This document shows positions 58,472-64,000 of a stretch of 64,000 nt of DNA, piece after piece (positions within the stretch are counted from its first letter, which is position 1; each line of letters opens with the position of its first letter). The position numbers were made by a program, and so were the translations under genes. The notes beneath the pieces were generated by a model, which had not been told where the DNA came from, searched no databases, and saw only the letters and a program-made list of their open reading frames with translations. This DNA is from a virus. The stretch covers positions 1 to 64,000 of the IMG/VR virus record IMGVR_UViG_3300020446_001812; one strand, written 5' to 3'.

Positions 58472-59490
58472 AGAAATGTGTCTATCCTAATAATATTTTA
58501 ATTGTAGGTAACGATGGTTACACTGATTCCTGTCCATTAGAAACTGCTAATTTACGTTTAGAAAATATTAATCAAGGAATACAAAAATCCTGGCAAAGTC
58601 CAAAGTATGCTGATTTTAGAAATAATTTAGAAGAGTATCTTAATAATAAAGATAAAATATGTTGGCAGTGCAACATGCTAGAAAAAAATGGTGGTATTAG
58701 TTTAAGAACAGAAACACCATTAATCACAGATTCTCCAGAACTGAAGGCTATCCAGTTTAAGTTAAGTAATCGTTGTCAACTTGTTTGTGCTCATTGCGGA
58801 CCTAATTTAAGTAGTAGTTGGGGTAAATTTGTTGGCCAAAAAAATTATATTAAGCAGTTTGAAATCAAGGATCATGTATTAGATGAACTTAAAACATTAG
58901 TCCCACAAATGAACTTTATAAGATTTACAGGTGGAGAACCATGGATGGATCCAATGCATTGGAAAATACTTAAATCCTTAAAAGGTATAGATAAAAAAGA
59001 CTGTGAATTACATTATATAACCAACGGACTATCAACTATAAGACCTGAACTATGGGAGGGTTGGAAGAAAATACAAATTATGTTAAGCGTTGATGGGTTT
59101 GGTGAAAGCTATGAATGGTTCAGAAGACAGGCATTGTGGAAAGATCTTTTACAAGCATATGAAAATTTATCTAAGCATCCAAATGTTAAATTAAAAATTA
59201 ATTTTTCACTTACACCATGGACAGTAGATAGTCTAGCATCTGCGAAAGAATATTTTCAAAATCCATTTTTAGTTGTTCCGATTATGTCACCTTGGCATTG
59301 TAGTTTAGGAAGTTTGACCGAAGACGAATATAATAATTTGGGCTTGACAAAGTACGTAGAATATAGTAAAATAATAGGAAGTAATCCAAAAGGTGCAAAA
59401 TATTTAAAGACCTGGGCGTTAAGTTGGGACAATAGATGGAATACACCAGGATTAGCAGAAAAGGTACATCCATGGTTGAACAAAATATAA
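58468..59490 (+). CDS. radical SAM protein with N-terminal twitch-like domain
   Basis: KCVYP..SCP...CWQC; CQLVCAHC; FTGGEP; ITNG; LSVDG. Confidence 0.9.
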   Translation: MKKCVYPNNILIVGNDGYTDSCPLETANLRLENINQGIQKSWQSPKYADFRNNLEEYLNNKDKICWQCNMLEKNGGISLRTETPLITDSPELKAIQFKLSNRCQLVCAHCGPNLSSSWGKFVGQKNYIKQFEIKDHVLDELKTLVPQMNFIRFTGGEPWMDPMHWKILKSLKGIDKKDCELHYITNGLSTIRPELWEGWKKIQIMLSVDGFGESYEWFRRQALWKDLLQAYENLSKHPNVKLKINFSLTPWTVDSLASAKEYFQNPFLVVPIMSPWHCSLGSLTEDEYNNLGLTKYVEYSKIIGSNPKGAKYLKTWALSWDNRWNTPGLAEKVHPWLNKI

Positions 59491-60092
59491 CAACAGCTAT
59501 AGTAAACAAAAAAACACAATCTAAAGAAATTCTTGATTTTTGCGGATATGCAAGTACATTTACTAATGATCCTGCACATGTAAATATGTACCATAAAAAT
59601 TGGGCAGACAGACCAGAAACGTTGCCATACTTAATTTATATAAGTGAACGATTTAGAAATAATAACGGCGACTTTTATGTTTTAAAAATTAATAATGTAA
59701 TTAAGGCAATATCGGGCGTACAAATTAGTCCATTTGATACTAATGTAGCAATGGCAGGCATAAGGAGTTGGATAGATCCTAGTCTACGAGCTAAAATGTA
59801 TATAGGACACCACCTTTTACCTTTACATTTATCTTGGGCAAAAGAAAAGGATTTAAAAACTATTTTGTTATCTTTTAATAGTTATAACAAACGGTTGATG
59901 AATTATTTTAAAAGATCAGGTATGGGAGTGCCTAAACAGCGTAATGAAACAAGATTATTTAATAACGGTGTACATGAAGTTCCGTTTAGTGTAGATATAC
60001 AATATACAGAGCAATGGGTGTTGTACCACAAAATAGACGAGTCTTACGAACCTGATTGGAAAAAAATAATGTGGAATAAAAATAGTCGATAA
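59472..60092 (+). CDS. GNAT-fold N-acyltransferase-like protein
   Basis: IKAISG, RSWIDPSLR...IG..LL...L.WAKE...K.I.LSFN.YN resembles GNAT motifs A/B. ATG 59472 with AAGGT RBS. Confidence 0.55.
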   Translation: MVEQNITTAIVNKKTQSKEILDFCGYASTFTNDPAHVNMYHKNWADRPETLPYLIYISERFRNNNGDFYVLKINNVIKAISGVQISPFDTNVAMAGIRSWIDPSLRAKMYIGHHLLPLHLSWAKEKDLKTILLSFNSYNKRLMNYFKRSGMGVPKQRNETRLFNNGVHEVPFSVDIQYTEQWVLYHKIDESYEPDWKKIMWNKNSR

Positions 60093-60095
60093 ATA
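60090..60095 (+). promoter_or_regulatory. late-promoter box (GA)TAAATA, leaderless
   Basis: Overlaps the upstream stop, 5 nt before ATG 60101, no RBS. Confidence 0.55.
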
Positions 60096-60100
60096 GCTAT

Positions 60101-60859
60101 ATGCAAGATATTATAAAATCAAACACCAACACTTTATCTTATATACAATACATTGCATTGTTCATTGTTGTTGTAGGGTTTGTCTATGTGGATTTTACCT
60201 GGCAATTCATTGCATTATCGATATTAAGTTTTTATATATTTTCTATACTTGGTTTGAGTTTGACGTTGCATAGATATTATAGTCATAAGAATTTTGAATT
60301 CAAGAACAATATTTTGCGTAAATTATTTACATATATTGCTATATTAGCAGGTAGGGGTAGTCCGTTAGGATGGGTCTACATACATAGAATACATCATAGG
60401 CATGCTGATACAGAATCAGACCCGCATGGACCTAAGACTACTGGTTTAAGATTTTTTGGATTCAAACCTAAAGATACAGAAAATAAAATGAAGGTTTTTT
60501 TAGTAAAAGATTTACTTAATAAAGAACAATTATTTTATCATAATTATTATTTGTTGTTTATTTTAGGATTTATGGCTATTCTTGGTATAATAAATTTTGA
60601 TTTTTTATATTTTGGTTACGCTATTCCGTTACTTGGTATACAATTTAGTCAAAACTTTTTTAACTTTTTTGCACACAAATTAGGGTATAGAAATCATAAT
60701 ACTAAAGATGATAGTACTAATAATATTTTACTATGGCCTCTTATTTGGGGAGATGCATGGCACAATAATCATCACAACAATTTAGCTAAATTTACTACAA
60801 AAGAAAAATGGTGGGAATTAGATCCTGTTGTGAGTATAGCAGGAGTAATTAAAAAATGA
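60101..60859 (+). CDS. membrane fatty-acid (acyl-CoA, delta-9-like) desaturase
   Basis: His boxes HRYYSH, HRIHH, HNNHH; DT..DPH; transmembrane segments; WWELD. Confidence 0.92.
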   Translation: MQDIIKSNTNTLSYIQYIALFIVVVGFVYVDFTWQFIALSILSFYIFSILGLSLTLHRYYSHKNFEFKNNILRKLFTYIAILAGRGSPLGWVYIHRIHHRHADTESDPHGPKTTGLRFFGFKPKDTENKMKVFLVKDLLNKEQLFYHNYYLLFILGFMAILGIINFDFLYFGYAIPLLGIQFSQNFFNFFAHKLGYRNHNTKDDSTNNILLWPLIWGDAWHNNHHNNLAKFTTKEKWWELDPVVSIAGVIKK

Positions 60860-61626
60860 ATTATTTAAAAAGTAATACAATAGTTGCACAAATAGTTCTT
60901 GCTATATCATTAGCTGGAACAATTTTTGGTTATTACAGTTACGGCATTACATTAGGAACCGTATTACTGCCTATATTAGGATACTTTTTATATGTAGGTT
61001 TAGGAATAAGTGTTACCTTTCACAGACAACTTACGCATAGATCATACAAAACACATCCTTGGATTATAAAATTAGGAACAATTCTTGGAACATTAAGCAA
61101 CACAGGAAGTAGCATTGTGTGGGTAGCAATACATATGAATCATCATAGACACGCAGATACTGAAAAAGACCCTCATAGTCCAAGACATCAAGGATTAAAA
61201 ACTTTTGCATTAGAGTATGATTTAGACACAAGCCGAGTGAAATGGAAAATGAAACATCTAATAGGAGATCCATTTCATATGTTTCTACACAAATATTATT
61301 TTGCAGTAATTGCTCTATGGAGTTTAATTCTATATATTATTGGCGGATTTTATCTAATGGTATTTCTACATTGGTTTCCAATGATAATAAGCGGAGCAAT
61401 GAGTAATATTGTAAACTATATAGGGCATAAACCTAATTGGTGGGGTGGCTATCGTAGATATAATACACGAGATGATAGTATAAACAACTGGCTATGGGCG
61501 ATTCCAAGCTGGGGAGAAACATTACACAACAATCATCATAAAAGACCTTATTCATACAGCCATGGTGAAAAGTGGTGGGAAATTGATATTGGGGCATATA
61601 TTGTTAAGCTAATAAAGGCTAGATAA
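60856..61626 (+). CDS. membrane fatty-acid (acyl-CoA, delta-9-like) desaturase, paralog
   Basis: HRQLTH, HMNHH, GETLHNNHH; DTEKDPHSP; WWEID. Confidence 0.92.
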   Translation: MNYLKSNTIVAQIVLAISLAGTIFGYYSYGITLGTVLLPILGYFLYVGLGISVTFHRQLTHRSYKTHPWIIKLGTILGTLSNTGSSIVWVAIHMNHHRHADTEKDPHSPRHQGLKTFALEYDLDTSRVKWKMKHLIGDPFHMFLHKYYFAVIALWSLILYIIGGFYLMVFLHWFPMIISGAMSNIVNYIGHKPNWWGGYRRYNTRDDSINNWLWAIPSWGETLHNNHHKRPYSYSHGEKWWEIDIGAYIVKLIKAR

Positions 61627-61629
61627 TAT

Positions 61630-63252
61630 ATGACGCAAGTTATTATTTTTACTGGGACATCCCGAACTGATCCCAAAAATAAAATTTATTCTCAACAAGA
61701 CATGACAGCAAGTATCTTGATGCGACCATTAGGTGCGTATCAGATTGCTTCTATATTAAGAGCAAATGGATATACAGTACAGGTTATAGATCGCTTCCAT
61801 TGGTTAATTAGAGAAAAAGGTCGTGAATTTTACCGGGAAGTTATCCGGCCTCATATAGGAGCTGATACATTATGGATAGGATGGAGCAATACCTTTTGGG
61901 AAGGTGAACCAAGAGCTGGGCCTGAAGATTTAAAAAACATAGGATATTTGGCAGAGGCAGCACGTTCTGTAGGCATGCGAGAAGAAGGGTTGCAGGCAAT
62001 GCAAAACTATAGGCAGGAGATAAATCCAAATATTAAATTTGTAGTTGGTGGCGCAAAAACTTGGAGATGGAGTCAACAGGATTTTAAGTTTTTTGATTAT
62101 TATGTAGAAGGCTATGCTGATGTAATGGCTTTAGAATTGACCAATTGGTTAGCTGGCAAAGGAGATAAGCCTGCTTGTAGACCTAACGATGACGGTTCTG
62201 AAATACTAGATTACGATAAACGTGGTGATAAATTTGACTTTGTAAATCATGTTCATAGATGGCATCCTACAGATTATTTAAATCAAGGAACTTCTTTACC
62301 TATAGAAATTGCAAGAGGTTGTATATTTAGATGTGCTTATTGTAGCTTTCCGTTAAACAATAAAAAGAAATTAGATTTTATTAGAGAACCAGAGCAACTG
62401 AAAGAAGAATTTGTAAGAAACTACGAAGAGTATGGAGTGACAAAATATTACTATGGAGATGATACTCATAATGATAGTGTAGAAAAACTAGAATTTTTGT
62501 ATGATAAAGTATACTCTCAGCTACCTTTCAAAATAGAATTCGCAACATATCTAAGATTAGATTTGCTTGCCGCACATCCACAAACTATACCATTGCTGTT
62601 AGAAAGTGGATTAGTAGGAACATTTTTTGGTATAGAAAGTTTCAACAAAGATGCTAATAAAACCGTAGGCAAAGGAGCTACAGAGGAAAAAATTTATGAA
62701 AATTTATACAAATGTAAAGATGTTTGGAAAGATAAGGTCCACATTCACGCTGGTCTAATAACAGGTTTGCCTAATGATAGCGAAGATACTATACTAGATT
62801 GGGGAATGAGAGCTACTAGTAAAGAATCACCTATTGACTATGCTATGATTACTGAATTACATTTATTTCCTAAATGGGGTAAAGACACTCATTGGCTTAA
62901 TAAAATGGAATTAAATCCTGCTTTTTATGGTTATGAGTTTGAAGAAGATGGCATTCAATATACAAATAATGTAGGATTAACAAAAAGCAGAGCGGCTCAA
63001 CTAGCAGTTCATTTATTAAAAAATATGGATGAGCAAAAAAAGGGCAAAGATTGGTCTATGAATAAGAGTCAAATGCAAGGATGGTATAGTTTTGCACATG
63101 CCGCAAATTGTGGTATGACCACCCATGAATACTTAAATAAGGGTCGATTAGATATTTTAAACCGTAGAGAAAGTATTTTAAATAATTATTATGCAAAATT
63201 AAAAAACGGTGCTAAAATAGAACAAAACAGAAAGGATAGTTATGATGGCTGA
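61630..63252 (+). CDS. cobalamin(B12)-binding radical SAM protein
   Basis: RPLGAYQIASILR..GY.VQVID and VVGG B12-domain pattern; EIARGCIFRCAYC; DD; GIES; GLP.D. Confidence 0.88.
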   Translation: MTQVIIFTGTSRTDPKNKIYSQQDMTASILMRPLGAYQIASILRANGYTVQVIDRFHWLIREKGREFYREVIRPHIGADTLWIGWSNTFWEGEPRAGPEDLKNIGYLAEAARSVGMREEGLQAMQNYRQEINPNIKFVVGGAKTWRWSQQDFKFFDYYVEGYADVMALELTNWLAGKGDKPACRPNDDGSEILDYDKRGDKFDFVNHVHRWHPTDYLNQGTSLPIEIARGCIFRCAYCSFPLNNKKKLDFIREPEQLKEEFVRNYEEYGVTKYYYGDDTHNDSVEKLEFLYDKVYSQLPFKIEFATYLRLDLLAAHPQTIPLLLESGLVGTFFGIESFNKDANKTVGKGATEEKIYENLYKCKDVWKDKVHIHAGLITGLPNDSEDTILDWGMRATSKESPIDYAMITELHLFPKWGKDTHWLNKMELNPAFYGYEFEEDGIQYTNNVGLTKSRAAQLAVHLLKNMDEQKKGKDWSMNKSQMQGWYSFAHAANCGMTTHEYLNKGRLDILNRRESILNNYYAKLKNGAKIEQNRKDSYDG

Positions 63253-63610
63253 ACATTGGGGTTACCATGCTTTATTTGATTGTGCTGAATGCAATTTGCC
63301 TAGTGTGACTAGTAAAGATAATGTGCTTAATTTTCTAAAAGAGCTTGTTTTAGAAATAGATATGGTGCCTTTTGGTGATCCATTCATTGAACACTTTGCT
63401 ACACACGATCCGCAAAAAGCAGGTATTAGTTTTTTTCAAATGATTGAAACAAGTAACATAAGCGGACATCTTTGTGATATAAATGGTGATGCATATATAG
63501 ATGTTTTTTCATGCAAAGAATATGATGTAGAGAAAGCACAGGCAGTAGTACAAAAATATTTTTCACCTAAGAAAATTAGATTAAATTATATCACTAGATC
63601 TGCAAGTTAA
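63242..63610 (+). CDS. speD: S-adenosylmethionine decarboxylase proenzyme
   Basis: WGYHALFD, GISFFQMIETSNISGH (pyruvoyl-forming Ser), YIDVFSCK. Start at 63242 or 63245. Confidence 0.85.
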   Translation: MMAEHWGYHALFDCAECNLPSVTSKDNVLNFLKELVLEIDMVPFGDPFIEHFATHDPQKAGISFFQMIETSNISGHLCDINGDAYIDVFSCKEYDVEKAQAVVQKYFSPKKIRLNYITRSAS

Positions 63611-63619
63611 GGATATGTG

Positions 63620-64000
63620 ATGATTCTTTTGTTCACAGATGTTAGTCATACTCCTGGTATAGGCAAATATGCTGGAACATATAAAGTTGCGACAGAATTA
63701 CGCAAAAATAAGTTTGATACCCAAGTTATTGATTGTTTTAAATACTTGGGTATTAAAAGGTTGAAAAAGATTCTTGATAAGTTCTTAACAAATAAAATTA
63801 TTTTGATTGGTATTAGTAATACCTTAATGTATAATCAAAAATTTATGTGGGGCATCACTGACAAAGAATTCGAGGAATTTGTAACTTATGCAAAAAAAAT
63901 AAATCCTAACATAAAATTTATGGTAGGAGGAGCAGGCGTTACACAATATTCTAATTGGCCATATATAGATTATTCTATAATAGGTAAAGGCGACTCAGCC
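63620..64000 (+). CDS. partial B12-binding radical SAM-like protein (runs off window; not in ORF track)
   Basis: Open to the window end: MILLFTD...AGTYKVATELRK..FDTQVID...IGISNT...INPNIKFMVGGA...DYSIIGKGD, colinear with the N-terminal B12 domain of 61630. The CxxxCxxC motif would lie beyond the window. Confidence 0.75.
   Translation, partial: MILLFTDVSHTPGIGKYAGTYKVATELRKNKFDTQVIDCFKYLGIKRLKKILDKFLTNKIILIGISNTLMYNQKFMWGITDKEFEEFVTYAKKINPNIKFMVGGAGVTQYSNWPYIDYSIIGKGDSA

Noticed and set aside
41729-59490. Assigning the rSAMs to MoaA, PqqE, NrdG, QueE or anaerobic sulfatase maturase
   Set aside because: Only generic CxxxCxxC/GGEP motifs match; domain order and missing pathway partners do not support those calls.
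1-64000. Stop-codon reassignment, as seen in some jumbo phages
   Set aside because: Long ORFs tile the window in code 11, and TAA, TAG and TGA all end genes at sensible coupled junctions.
1-64000. tRNA/rRNA genes, introns, inteins or DGR elements
   Set aside because: Intergenic gaps are too short. I saw no cloverleaf, intein motif, split gene, reverse transcriptase or TR/VR pair by eye; a covariance search was not run.

Overview
AT-rich (roughly 30% GC by eye) segment of a large T4-related myophage genome, probably an aquatic jumbo-type phage, using the standard genetic code. It has three blocks. (1) 68-5130, minus strand: late sigma factor (gp55-like), the gp47/gp46 Mre11/Rad50-like nuclease pair, an inserted auxiliary metabolic gene hemC, a small basic protein and a GIY-YIG nuclease, followed by a GC-rich structured non-coding stretch at the window edge. 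(2) 5211-37534, plus strand: contractile-tail baseplate and fibre module (tube initiator, gp53, hub, gp5 spike, gp25, gp6, a 4960-aa giant wedge/adhesin protein, three paralogous fibres). Most of its units are preceded by TAAATA late-promoter boxes. (3) 37596 to beyond 64000, plus strand: a tightly coupled tailoring-enzyme island of at least 26 kb. It holds 9 complete radical SAM genes (6 with an N-terminal twitch domain, 2 with a C-terminal Fe-S extension, 1 B12-dependent) plus a partial second B12-type gene, 4 GT-A glycosyltransferases, 3 2OG-Fe(II) oxygenase-like proteins, 2 SGNH proteins, 2 methyltransferases, a GNAT, a NeuA-like cytidylyltransferase, a GmhA-like SIS protein, a nitroreductase fusion, 2 fatty-acid desaturases and SpeD. 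Not in the ORF track: a nested +1-frame 39-aa membrane microprotein with a perfect RBS (43561-43680), the partial B12-rSAM at the right edge, leaderless promoter-ATG arrangements and a bipartite late-promoter motif. All family calls come from motif recognition by eye; no database search was run.
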